From a virus (Duplodnaviria; Caudoviricetes): a stretch of 64,000 bases of DNA. Made by a program: the position numbers and the translations under genes. The stretch covers positions 58,260 to 122,259 of IMG/VR virus record IMGVR_UViG_3300038828_000048; one strand, written 5' to 3'. Below are positions 32,301 through 47,300 of this stretch, one piece after another. Below the pieces are notes generated by a model. It ran no database searches. It was not told the origin of the DNA and worked only from the letters and a program-made list of their open reading frames with translations. The stretch's first letter is position 1, and each line of letters begins with the position of its first letter.

Positions 32301-35300
32301 TTTCTATCACCAGATGAGTTAGACAGTAGTTCAGATATAGATGAGAATAACGGTAATGATAATGCTGATATTAAAGAATCAGTAGTATTTGATGATGAAA
32401 TTAAAGATAATAATCAAAATGATAATATACCTGTTCCTACTAATACCACTACTAATCCAGTTTCATCAACCGAAGTTGATCAACAATCAGAAACCCAACC
32501 AGTTAATGAATCTGATGTTAGTTCAGAAGAAATTCCTATCGAACCAACAGATGATGACGTTAGTAAAGCTATTGCATTAGAATCTAGTGATAGAAAAGAA
32601 GTTTTAGCATCTATACCAAGAATTAAAATTAATAATTCAGTACAACCTGGGGATGTAATTACTAATAAAGAAGGAGTAGAGTTTGTAATAAAGAGTGTAA
32701 AAGGTAATAAAGTTACTTATACAACAAAAACAATTGATGATGTATTTAATAAGGTTAATAAACCACATCAGTTTGTAAGAACTACTACCATACCAGTAAA
32801 TGCAAAAGTTTCTGATACTGTTGATAATACAGGATCAGTATCTCCTATATCTGAATCAATAGAAACTGATGAAACATTACAACATAGCAAAGTATATGTT
32901 TTAAATAATAAAGAATCTAAAGATAGTGTTGGTAGCACATTAGCTATTTCCCAATTAGATAACTCATCAGTTATCGTTAAAAGAACCGAAAGTATTAATG
33001 GAGTAGTAGCATATATAGATTATATATCAAGAGCAGTAGTTGATAGATTTAAAAAATTATGGAATCCTTATTTTCTTAAACACGAGAATGGAGATTTTAA
33101 AGGTTTTTCGATACAAAAATCTGATTTTCCTTATGTTGCTATTCCTAATTTTGATATCTCTTATATAACAGATCCTAATGGTAAACCTATAAATTTTAGT
33201 AGAGTTGAAGATGGACAATATAAAGGATTAGTATTACTATCAGAAGTTAAAAAATATTTTGATAATAATAAATTTTTAAGAGTAGGTTATGGTAAAGATG
33301 AAACAGCATTTGATATTAAATATGAATTAGTAGATTTTTTACCATTTACTACAGTTTTTAGTGGTGTTGATTCTGAAATATTTATTAGACAATCATCATC
33401 TCTTACTACAGCAAATACTGATTCATCATCGCTAAGAGAAGAAATTTTACAACTTCAACAATTACGAAGATATATTCAGAATAAAATAGATAAAGGTGGT
33501 TTTGTATCTGCACGAATAACTAAAAAGGATGCTGGGATTATGCGTTTAATTGTTCCAAAAAATACATCTGTTGCATCTAAATCATCATTAAACAAAGTAT
33601 CTCCTATTAGTATATATAGATCTAGTGTAAACAATGAATTTGATTTACCAATATTAATACCTAATATAAAAAATCCTAATAGAGCATTTATCGATGGAAC
33701 ATTAAGAGAAGTAACGTTGATCGAACGTCTTGGTAAAGAAGTTGAATATTATAAACCATCAATGTTATATCCAGTAGATATAAATTCTGATGGTGAAGTA
33801 GTGTATAACACTATTTATTTAAAAAATAGAAAATTGGGTGAATCAAATATTATGGGTACTTATGGATCAGTACCTATAGTAAATGAGCATAGTATTAAAA
33901 ATACTAATAACTTGATTTATACTGCTGAGTTATTACTTAGTAGATTATATGGAATAGATCTTACTATAGAAGAAAAAGATTTATTGGATAAGTTGAAAGT
34001 TAAAAATACCATCAAAGAAGTAAAAGATTATATAGACAGTTTTGTACGTTCTGATCTAAAACTTATTTCTGATGGGGTATTAGGATCAAAAGATTCAGCG
34101 ATTCATATAAGCACTATGTTTCAACTAGCATTATACAATCCTGAAACAAAAACTCATCAATTATATACTAATCGACCACAAAATCAAGCAAAAGGAATCT
34201 CAAGAGAAGCAATAAAAGCAACTCTTAGAGATATGTGGTTTACAATGAATTATAATTATGTTATAGGTAATAATACTATAGATGTAATAGATGAAGTTAC
34301 AAAAGAAGTATTATCTCTAAATTATAGAGAATTAGCGTTCGATAATATTTATCCTGATTATGAAATATTTAAAGGAGATGAAGATAGTAAAATCGGTCAT
34401 ACTATATATTCTCCATCAGTAAATAGTAGAATACATTTTGAAGTTAACGGGTTTGAGTATAAACCAGAAACAATTGCTACAACCACTATTCCAATACAAG
34501 TACAATATCCTGTAAAAATAGAATCTACTGTAGTAGAAAATGATTTTTCTAATATTCCTGATGAGAAAATTGATACACAAACAATTAACCCATCTTCAGT
34601 AGATATAAAAGATGTAGAAGCGCAGAAAGTTGATATACAAACTCAATCAGAATTACCAACCGATAGTGAATTTGTTACTGAGAGAACTCTAGATGATGCT
34701 GAGAATGAATTTCCAGGAGAAAATCCTAATATAACCTCTCAGGATATTACAAAACCAACAGAAATTCAAGAATTAGATTTACCAGATAATATTGATGATG
34801 ATATATTAGCATTTGAAACAGAAGATGATTATTTTCTTAATAATTTAACTATCGAGAATAGTAATTCAATTCCTGGTGTTCCACAAGTACATTTAAATAA
34901 TATAGTAAATATTTTATTAGGTAGAGTTAGTAGATTAATCGAAAATGGTAAACTTGATAAAGAAAAAGCAAAGGTTTTAGAAATAAATACTATGAAACAG
35001 CTTTATGTTAATGCTAAAGCATCTTTAGAATTAACATTAACAAAAGCAATACCTGGAACAAAGAAATATGAACAATTGAAATCATATTTAGATATTGTTG
35101 AAAAAGTTGTTGATAACTACCATATAGTAGATAGTTTGTTTAATAAATCATTTTTAGCTATTACAGGAAAGGATTTTGAAAATAATAGTGCTGATAATCA
35201 GTACAATGAAGATCGTATTATTACATTAAACCCTAAAGATAAAACAAGAGCTACTATCAAATTATTTCTTTTGAAAATAAAAGAAATGGATGATAAAAAT

Positions 35301-38300
35301 AATACAAAGAAATTCTTTTTAAATTCTTTGGGTATTAAAGGAGCAGAAGATTTATATCAGCATATTGATGTAGATAAAGCATTAAATATATTATTTAATA
35401 TATTAACTGTTAAAACTGGATTTTACTATGAACCAAATTTAGAAAATGTAATAAAAATACTGGATGATAATAGTAAATCATATCCTTTTTTAACAGATAT
35501 AGCATTCTATCTTAAACATACTCCTGAGATTGGACCAGAATTTGTAAGAAGTTTTTACTCTATTGATTCTAGGTATAGTAAACTTATATATACTGATGAT
35601 ATTCAAAACGGAGTTACTTATACAACTTTGATAGATAATCAAACAAATTTTAAATCTGGTGCAACAAAACTAAGAAATAGTTGGAAAAACAATTTAACAT
35701 CTTTAATCGGTTTTAATAATGTTAATAGATTAGTATTAGATCCTAATTCTCAACTAGGAGCTAAATTATTGTTTATAAAAGAATTATTTGGTGATTCTAA
35801 ATCTAGAATTTTAGATTATAATACTGGAGAAATAAACCTATCTAATACAAGGTTATCAGTAAATCAGATAGCAACAATCCAACCTTGGATAGATTCTATT
35901 AATAAAACATTAGTTAATTTAAATAATCCAAATGTTGATCCAAGAGATGTTTTATCAAACAAATTCATTTATACTAAAAAACTTTTAATAAATGAACTAT
36001 TAAAGAATCTTGGTATAAATTTGGATAATGATGTATTATCAAAATTAGATAACCCAGATTATAAATTATTATTATCTAATGGTAAATCTGTAGTATTTAA
36101 TTCAAATAAAATATTTGACAGTAGAAAAAAATTGCTTCAGAATATTGATCAATTATTAATCGGTACTTCTGATGTAAATTCTTTATTAAAACAAGATATT
36201 ATTAGAGAAATTGCATCGTTTGTAGCACAACACTCGAAAAATAATAATTTTCATTCGGATAGAATGTTTCAGGATGGTAATAAAAGTGTTTCTGTATTTC
36301 AAATCCCAAGATATTTTTATTTAAGAGTTGCTAAACTTACCGATCTGAGTACTGGTTTTCTTGAAACGCTTATTAGTTTAAGAAATAATAAAAAACATTA
36401 TAGCTCGAACTCATATTGGAAACATTTAATAAAAACTAATAATCTAAATTATTCTACTGCTGCATTGCAAGCAACAGAAGAAATACGAAGAAACAATTCA
36501 GAAAAAGATATTCATGAATTTCCTGAAAAGAAATTATTAGAAGCGATGATTGCTAATTTTTTATCAGGAGTTAATAATACTACATCTAATGTTAAAATGA
36601 AGTTGTTTGGTAAAACAATTTCTGATTCTAAAATGATGACATATTTTGAAGTACCTAAATTAGATTTATTTTTAGGATACGATGCTGAAACAACTTATAT
36701 ATTATCTGATGAAAATAATGGAGAAGTAATTGGGAAAACAAAAATATCAGAATTTTTAATTGATCAAATTTTGATGCCTGATGTAAATCGAATATTAAAT
36801 GATGATACTGTACAATTAAAATCATATAATAAAGATGTATTTTATTCTGTACCATCCCTAAATGATTTTACAAAATACGGTTTAAACTCTATCAAAGAGG
36901 TAGCGTCTGTTATAAGTAATCCAGATATAAACCCTACTGCTTATAATCTAATAGAAAATGCATTTAAAGAATATCTGAATAATGAAATTAGTGCTACAAA
37001 AGAACTATTTCAGAAATATCGCATAGGATATTCTTCTGATACTAAATCATGGTCTATGGTTTCAAAAGATGCAGTAGATTACTATACTGAGCGTAGTGTT
37101 GCTGGAAGTGATACGAAAATAGCTCCAGAAACCATTCACAATCAAATTGTAAAAGATTTTGTACTAAATTACCTTGTTGGATATTCTAATAGTTCTATGT
37201 TGATATATGGTGATCCTGCGATATATACTAAAGGTAATATTAATACTACAATGAATAATGTAATCAAAAGATTAAAAACTTTTGCATCACCAAGAGAAGT
37301 ATTAGATACAAATATTTATAAAAAATTATCTGGCAAAGATTCAATTTCTTATTTAGTAGTAAAAGATGATGTATCCCCTGTTAATTCAATCAAATATATT
37401 ACTAATTTATTAGATGGATTGGAAATAACAGATGAAGAAGTAAAAATTCTTAGAGATAAAAATTCATCAGTAGATGATAAGAATATTATATACAATAAAT
37501 ATCCAAATAGCTCTGGTTATTTTAAAAATAATCATGCAGATGCTCAAGAATTTGTACATTGGAAACATCATCTTGACACTCTAGTTGCACTAGGTGAATT
37601 AAAAATTCATGATTATAATAATATAGTTGATATAATAGAGAATCATCCTGAAAAAATTAAGAACTCTGATATTTTAAAAGTATTTGCTCCATTCAAACCA
37701 CTATATTCAGGAACAGTTATCAAAGGACCAATCGAGCAACAATTTTACATCAAATCATCGCATATCCCTTTGTTACCAGGGTTTAGTGGAGGATTAGAAC
37801 CATTGATATTGTTTATGGAAAAAAATACTATTGATCGTTTAGCATTTGAATCATCAGTTAAGTTAGGTATCGAAAATACTATTGAATTATTTGAAAATAC
37901 TAAACTAAAAAATTTATCTGATTTAAAGAAATTAGATATAGATAATGCAACATTAAATTTACCTATAGAAAATTATGGTAAACAGTTACATAATCCTATA
38001 AAAGATAAGAATGAAATAACAGTTTCCACACAAGCTCAAAAGGGTATATTTGGTAATATTAAAAATGAATTTGTAGAATTTAAAGGTAAACAAGTAAAAG
38101 TAGCTGATCTTGAAAAGCTTCGAGATAAATTACATGGAGAAGCTCAAGAATTTTTAAAACAAGAACTTATAAAAGCATTAGATCCTAATGATACTGGTGA
38201 GATGGATATCGAATCTCTATTAGGATTAATGAATAGTGAATTAGAATCTGGTAGATATGATGATAATATCAAACAATCAATTTCTTTTGATAAAGAAAGA

Positions 38301-41300
38301 AATGTATTAAGAGTTCCTTTGTGGTTATCATCTAATCCAGGTGCATTAGAAGCTATTATAACTAATATTATTAACTCTGGTGGTGTATCTGGAATTAAAA
38401 GACCAGGTATTGGTTTAGTTCAAGCATCTTCTATTGGTCAAACAGTTGTATCAGATCAATTAAAAGATTTTGATAATAATATTATATTTACTGAAAAATA
38501 TAATCCTAAAAAGGGATTACAACATGGTGTAAAAAATAAAAAAGGACAATACGTATCCCAAATCATTGTTCCTTGGTATTTTAAAGAAAAAATGGATTAT
38601 TTTGTTAATGGTAAAAATCAAATAGATTTATCAAAATTACCAGAAGATTTATTAACAATATTTGGGTTTAGAATACCAAATCAATTTCACGCATCTATGA
38701 TAGGATTGGAAATTGTTGGATTTTTACCACCATCATTTGGTAATACTGTATTAGTACCTACTGAAATTACATCTCAGATGGGATCAGATTTCGACGTAGA
38801 TAAACTTTATAGTTATATAAAAGCACTTGATTTCAAAGTAGATCAGGAAGCACTAGATCTTTCTAAAAAGGTTAAAAAAGAAATATCTAATTATTGGAAA
38901 GCAGTATCCAATGATTTTAGGAACCAATATCCAGATTTGATTGCTAGAAAAAAGGAGATAGAAGAATCCTATGTTGATGTTGCTAAAAAACTTGATTGGG
39001 AGCAAAAAGATATTGATTTACATAGTGAAATAGTTGATGCGTTAAGTACAGCTAGAGAATACGATACAAAAAGAAAAGAATTAGAAAAAGAATTATCTTT
39101 ATTGAATCAAAAAATCAAAGAATCTGCTAGATATGAATTAACTAATGATTATTTGAATAATCTTTGGAATCAGATTTTGGATATAGAATTATCAGTTATA
39201 ACATCAAATAATGAAGTTATTCAACGTTCTGTTCGTCAAGCATTAGATACTCCAACAGAACAATTATCTGATGTTGCTGATCATTTGCAAAAGCTCCAAA
39301 ATTCAACTCAGAAACAGCAATCTCATATATCTCCGATATATAATATACAAAAGTATTTTGCTGGATCACAAGCTAAATCATTGGTAGGAAATACGAGTTT
39401 AGCGTTAGTGTTTAATTTTATTATACAGAATAAATCATTTAGCATATCGAATAAGAGTTATATTCCTGTATCATTTGATGGAGATTTTGTACATAAAAAT
39501 CTATCAAATCCATTTACAGTAAAAACAGATAATGAGTTAAAACAAGCATATGAGAAATTTAAGAATGGAGTATTTGTTGAAGATCTAATTAATGGTACTC
39601 AACAACTATATGATATTACTGAAATACCATCTGATGTACTAGATGATTATAGGAGAGAGAAAGTAAAACAAGATTTAGCTAAAGAATTATCTGATAGAAC
39701 AGGTATTTCTGTTAGATGGGTAGATAGTATTGATAGTTTAAGCAACAATCAGCTTGGTTCTATTAAAGATGAAGTATATCGAGAATTAGATAACTACTTC
39801 TTTGATTATATTAGTGGTAGAAAAATGTATCAAAGACATGAGAATTTACCAAATTACATCAAAATAAATAATGATGCTTTTATAAATAATACTCAGAAAA
39901 ATAGAATAGCAACTAGATTAGCAGATAGTATTAAGAAAAATACTAATGGAAAATTTGTTGGAAGTTTAGAAGGAACAGAAGATTCTTATGTAATCAAAAT
40001 TAATACATCAACTTCTTATCGTAGAGATTTAAATAATAGATATAATAAAGATAATAGTAAATTACAGAGTAAGAGTTTATCCGATATAGATATATTTGAA
40101 ATATTAAACTCAAATAATCTATCTATAGAAGAATCTCCAGAATTACAAAAACAACAATATCAAAAACCTAATAATATAGGTAATAGAAATAATCTCGAAT
40201 ATCAATTTAAAGTAATTGATAAAATAGCTGCTAATCTTGGTAAAGTAAACCAATGGTATAAACAGTTAGGAAATTCAGATAAATTTTGGTCTAAAGTTCA
40301 ACAAGATTTACAAATACCTAAAGAACAGATTGCTTTATTAAAAGAATCTGAAGGTGATACTGCTAGTAAAATTGAAGGTCATAGTACTTTAGAAGAGTTT
40401 AAAAAACAAAAAGAAAATAGGATTAAAGAACTTGAAGAAAAATTAAAAAATCTTGAAAATGATAATATTCAAGGTGCTTATGATTTTTCAGCAACTTCTA
40501 ACAGTGGTAAATGGAATAGTGCTAATAATGAATTATTAAGTTTAGTACAAAACAATAGGAAAGCTTTTGCTATTTATAAATTTCTTATTGGAGATGCGCA
40601 ATCTTTTAAAGAAATTATAAACTTTCTTAATGAAAAAGGTATAGAAATAGAATATACAGAAAGAATGAAGAGAGCAGATGAAACAATGTCTGCTGAAGAG
40701 ATTCAATCTGCTATTGATAGTTATAATAACTCTGTAAATGAAAAAGCAGAAGACAAAAATCAAATAGAAAAAGATATTTTATCTGAAAATAATTTACAAG
40801 ATGAAACAGAATATACACCGCAAGAATTAATTGAAAAATATCCTTTATCAGGAGTTCAAAAAGTTATTTGGAATCTTATAAAAGATATTGTTGCTAAATT
40901 AGGAATAAAAGTAAAATTTTCATCAAGTAGGATTACAGAAGGATTTGATGGTAGTAATAATCCTCAAAATGGAGAAATATTAATTAGACCTTCTACACTT
41001 AAAAATGGAAGATTTACGGAAGTTTTAGTACATGAAGTTGTACATGCTTTAACTACTAAAATAATTTCAAGAGTAAATTCAGGAGTAACAACTGGATTAA
41101 CACAAAAACAAATTAATGCTGTAAAAGGATTAATGAAATTATATGAAGCTATAAAAGCTAACAATAATTTACAAAACAAATATCCTGTAAAAGATGTATT
41201 TGAATTTATTGCTCACTTAACTAATGAAGAATTTGTAAAAGAACTTGAAACAAAAGATAAGAATTTTCTTCAAAAAGTAGTTGATTTTATACTTGATATA

Positions 41301-44300
41301 TTAGGAATTACTAATGCGAACGAATTATCTAAAAAGTATTTAGTAGATATTATTTCAGATGGTACATTTTTAGAAGAAAATGGTATTACCATTTTGCCTT
41401 CTGACTATGGGAATAATTTACAAGGAAGTAAAAGTGAAGAAATAAAAAAAATAAAAGATGAAATAAATCAACTTAAACAAGAACTTGAAAAAGTAGAAAA
41501 AGAAGGGTTTGGTGCTTTAAAACCTATTTATAAATTCTATGAAGAAACTGTAGGTAATATTCTTAAAAAACAATACAAAGATGATCTACAAAAAATTACA
41601 GATGAATACGAAAATAGTTGGTATGAAATCACATTGGATAATAATAGAGATACAAAATCTTTATTGTTAAATAAAGATGAAAATTCTAAAATTTATGGTT
41701 ATTATGATAAATTACTTAATGAAATAGTTTTATCAAAAGATGCTGACCAAGAAGTTATATTTCATGAATTTATACATCCGTTTATGGAAAGTTATAAAAT
41801 TATGAATCCTAAACAACACGGAGAATTATTGGATGAAGCATATACTATTCTCGGACAAGAATTATCTGATCAAATTGTATTAAATTATCCAGAAAATCAA
41901 GTAGAGAATGAGATAATTACACGAGCAATAAGCAGAGTAGCTAATAATAATGTTGATTCCAATTCTGGAAAAACATTCTTTAAAAAGATGTTAGAGTTTA
42001 TTAACTATATTAAAACTCAACTCCATCGAGCTGTATTTGCGAAAATGGCATTGGGTAAATCTTTAGATATGAAAGATATATCTGAGCTTCAAACTATTCA
42101 AGAGTTAGCAGATATGTTTACTTTATATAAAGGTAAAATTAATCCTAATATATCAAATATTACAACTACTATAGATATTGTAAATACAAAAGATATAAAC
42201 AAAGATATATATCGAGATATTCCAGTAATTAATACAAAAGATATTACTACACAAGAAGGTACTAAAGGAGCAGCATCTTATTCTAAAGATGAAAATTTAA
42301 TTAGAGTAGATCGAGAGTTGTTGGAGCAGAAATTTAAAGAAAAAGCATGGACTAATCCTAGAAAGTTAATTGAAATTTTACATGAAGAAAATATAGAATC
42401 TTACGCTCAATCATTATCAGAAGATCAGTTTAAAACTTATCAAGAATGGGAGAATTTTGTTATGGAACATGAATATCAATATTCATTATATTCTAGAGAA
42501 GATTATAATAAAGATTTTCCAGAGAATAATAGTAAAGGAGGATATGAAACAGAAATTAACAATAGAGCATTAAACCAACTTGATCGAGAAAAGGATCAAA
42601 CAGAAGTAAACAATGTTGATTTACCAGATTATAAATCCATCCCTAATACAACAAATTCAATTAAGCAAGAAGATGTTGTGATGCTTAAAGATAGAAACCC
42701 AAATATTAAAATTATACCGATTAATTCTTATAATGATTTTATCTATAATCTTAGTGAATCTATGATTAAGGAAAAAAGATTAGCTGAGAATATTGAATAT
42801 AAATCTAGTAGTATTATAGGTATTCAATCAGCAGCAGTTGATGATGCTAATAAAAATCTTTTAGATAAAATTAATTTCACCAGAGATACATCTCTTGCTG
42901 CAATAATATTATTACAACAAGGATTGAATTATAATCAAGTATTTACTTTATTATCCCAACCTGTTATAAAAGAATATGTAAATAATTTAACAAAGAAGGG
43001 AAAAGGGTTTGATTATAATGCTAATCTTGAACAGATTTCTTACGAATCTGCATATAATCAGTATGCTTCTAATTTATCAGAAGAAGAACTTGATGGTATA
43101 AAATCATTTGATTTTAAACTTTCTGGATTGGAAGAATCATTAAAAAATCCAGATTCTACAAGCAAAGCACATTCAATAAGACAAATTAAAGCATTGAATG
43201 TATTTAGACATTATAGCACTAAATATAGTCCTTATATAGGAATAATGAATGCAGCAAATATCAATACAACAGGTGGTGGTAAAAATTTAAGCACCATGAG
43301 TAGTGTATTGACAAGTGTAGATGATATTATGGGAAATAATACATTTAGAAATGCAAATAAAGTATTACAAGAAGGTGTACATACTCACTCTATAAAGAAT
43401 CTTGCTGAATTGTTTAATTTTGTAATGAAAAAGGATAATGGATTATCTATCTTAAATCATAAATCTAATATATATGATACTCTTTATTTTGAGATAAGTT
43501 CTTATTTGAATAATAGAAACGTACCTATTACTCCTTGGATCAAAAATAAAATATTTGAAGGAATACGAAATGTTGTAAAAGCTTATATGTTTAGTTCATT
43601 AACAAGTAGTATTTCTGATAAACAAGCGGAAGATATTAGACAAGAGCTATTAAAGGGTAATGATAGAAAACCACCGTTAGGTATTATATTACTTAATTTA
43701 AAAGCTAAAAATTATAAATCAATTGCTAATTCAACTTTTAATAGTAAAAGAATAAGCGATAATAGTTTTTTAAATATAATTGATATTAAAAAAGAAAAGG
43801 ATAGTAATAATACTTTTATAACTGCTGATGTTAACGACAATAAACTTGATATAAATGAGATCCATAAAGATTTAGAAGATTTATTTAATACCCCTATTGA
43901 ATTAGAAAATGGATATAATACTAAACATCTTATTTTAGATTTGATAAAGTATGATTTTGTAATGGGAAGAAAACAAAGTGCTAAAAGTTTTACTAAATAT
44001 CTTCCTGAAACATTGATCCAAAAGATTATATTAAATAATGATTTATTAAATAATACTCTTGATGAATTATCACTGTTTGATTCTGAGAAGATCAATAGTT
44101 TAACAAAAAATGTATTATTTTATACTCCAGAATTGATTACACAAATTCCTAATATTACATCCGATAGTGAACCAACATTTATCCATGATGTAGATGAAGA
44201 TCAAGTTTCTTTAGGTCAAATGCGTATAAACTATAAAGCTGTAAATAATGATACAATAATATCAAATGCTTTATTTACAAAACTAGAAGGATCTGATGAT

Positions 44301-47300
44301 GTTATTGTAAATCCGATAATAAAAGTATATGATGTAATTTATGAATACGATAGTACTTTAATGAAATATATTAAAGTAACTGGTTTAACAAATTCATCTT
44401 ATGGAATAGGAATCAATAATGATTTATCATCACCAAGAAGATTAAATATTCCTGTTACAAATTTATCTATCATAAATGCAACTACTTATTCAGATAAAGA
44501 AGTAAGTACTCCAACGGGAATTTTATCATCTATAAAAAGAGAACTAGATAGAGTAACTCATAGTAATGAAAAAGCTACTACAAAGAATAATAGCAATATA
44601 TTAACTCAAGTACTTGATTACATGGGTGCATTAAACGATTATTCGATTGAATTTGTAGATACACTTGAGAATATATCTGTAGGAGGTAAAGAAAGAAAAA
44701 ATCTTTATGGTTATACTGATGTTGCAAATAAACGTATTGTAATAGCACGAGATTTAAAAGATAGAGGTAATTTAACTTATAGTAGAGTATTATTACATGA
44801 AATTGGTCATATAGTTACTAATACTTATATAAGTGAGTATCTTAATCAATTAGCTACTGGAAAATCAGATACTCTTACTAAAGAGCAAATAACAACATTA
44901 AATAGAGTATATAAAGTATATCAAAGATTAGAATCTGATAAAGAATTTACTTCTCAATTAGAACGACCAATAAACAACTTTCATGAATTTGTTACTGAAG
45001 TAATATCATCTCATGATTTTAGGACCAAAGTTGATAAAAATTATAAAGCATCTATATTTGAAAAAATAAATGAATTTATTAAATCTATTTTAAAACAAGT
45101 ATTTGGCGAAACAAATAATTATGTTGGGTATTCTGATACTCTTTTGGGTGATATATTATCAATACCAACTAATAATAGTTTTAATACTCAGATTTACTCA
45201 TCAAAAGATGATTCTAAAATATATATTGTTAAAAAATTAGGAGATGATGTATTAAGTGTATCAACATTTAATGATGCTGGTAATCCTGCATCTTATGTAG
45301 ATGCTCAAAGTATTTATGATAAAATTAAAGATTACGATAAAAGAGATGTAAAAATATACGAAGATGCTTATAATATTAAGAAAGTATCCGATAATGTTCT
45401 TGGTGAATTTACGATAACAACAGTAAACGGAATAGTATCTATAAAAGATAGTAATAATAATACTATATCAGAAACGGATCTGCGTCACGGATTGATTTTG
45501 GGATTTGAAACTCAAGAAGAATCTCAGGAAGAATCACAAGGAGTAGATCCTAAAACTGATACATTAAAATTTGTAAGTAGTATATCAGATAACAAAATTA
45601 GATCTTTAGATATTAAATATAAAAAATTATTTAGTATTATCAATAATAGATTAACAAATGTATCTAAAAAGATAAAGATCCAGGAAGATGTTATCAAAAA
45701 CATTAAAGCAAAAAAGAGTATTAGTGCTTTAGAAAATAACACTTTATTAAATAATAATATTAAAAAATTAGATGCATTAGAATCAGAATTTAATACTCTT
45801 ATTGTTTCTCTAAACAAAATAGCAGAATTAAAAGGAGTAAGTGATTTATATAAGTTCTTTGCACAAAGCGAAGGGGATTTTGTTAATATCCTTAGTAAAG
45901 AAGAAATATCGTTTGCAGAAGCTAACTATTTATCATCTTTGTTTAATGAAATATTATATAAATTCAATCCTAATTCTCCTAATTACTATTTGGATAAAAA
46001 TGAATTTATTAATTTAGGTAGTTCTGAGAAGAAAGATATAATAGAAAAGCTATCTGGGTTTGAAGCGAGATTGAAAACAACATACTTGGAGCAACTTTTA
46101 AACCATAAGCGTAAAATGGTTAAAGATTCATTAAATGTTTATTCTCAAAATAGATTGAGTGATGAAAAATTCAAAGAGATAATAGATTCTGAATTAAAAG
46201 ATATATCAGAGCTTCAGAGATGGTTTCTAGGAGCAGATCGTGTTGATGATGAGTTTACCAATATGGTTGTAAATAGAATGCAACAAGTAGCACAACAAGG
46301 TGTTTCTCAATCAGCAGAATACTCAAATAAACTCAAAGAATTATATCAACGAATAATCCCAAGTTTAAAAAAATATTCATCTCCTAATGATAAGTTTGGA
46401 ATCATTTCTGTATTATTGGATAATTTTGGAAATTTTATATCAGATTATACTGAAGATTTTTTTGATTCTCAGAATAAAATGTTATCTGATTTCAAGCAAC
46501 AATTAACAGCAGCAAACGGTGATAAATTTAAAATTAGAAATGCATTTTTAAAGAGAAATAGATGGAATATTCAAAATAAAGTAGCACTTAATCCTAAATA
46601 TCTTCTAGAAGAAGATGAGTTGAAGGATTTAGGGTTAAAATTTGTTAAATCTGCTAATTTTGAACAAGATAAACAAAAGTACCTTGATTATATTAGAAGT
46701 ACAGTAGGTATGTACAAATTTGATAGAATGGTAGAATCTGTTAGAAGATCAGCTAGAGATTATAATGAAGAATATAACACTCTAAAAACAACATTAAATG
46801 ATCAAATAACATCTGGAGTAATTGATGCTGCTCAGAAAAAAGAAGCATTACGAACTTTTCAAGCAAAATATTCACCAATAATAGCTGCTGATTATAATTT
46901 TAATCCTAAACTTATAAATAGTGTAGCTCGTGAATTAGGTAAAAAAGATTCATCTGAACTATATATATCAGATAAGTATGTAAAACTTGTACCTAAAAAG
47001 TTTGAAGGTGTTAAAAGTTTATATGAAACCAATCAGGGTTATACTAAATTTTATGATAAAAACATTCAAAAATTTTATGACAATAGTGAATATGATATTC
47101 TTGATTTTATAGATCATGTAAATGATCTTTTACACATGGGTGTGCATTTGATTCCAGAAGAAAAACGTTTTGGAATTTCTACAAGATCACTTCCGTTTAT
47201 CGAAAAGGATCTATTAGAAAATCTCATATCAGAACCAATATCTTTATTGGGATTGAAAAATCGTGTAAAAGATATCTCTGCATCAATTCGATCTTTAGGT

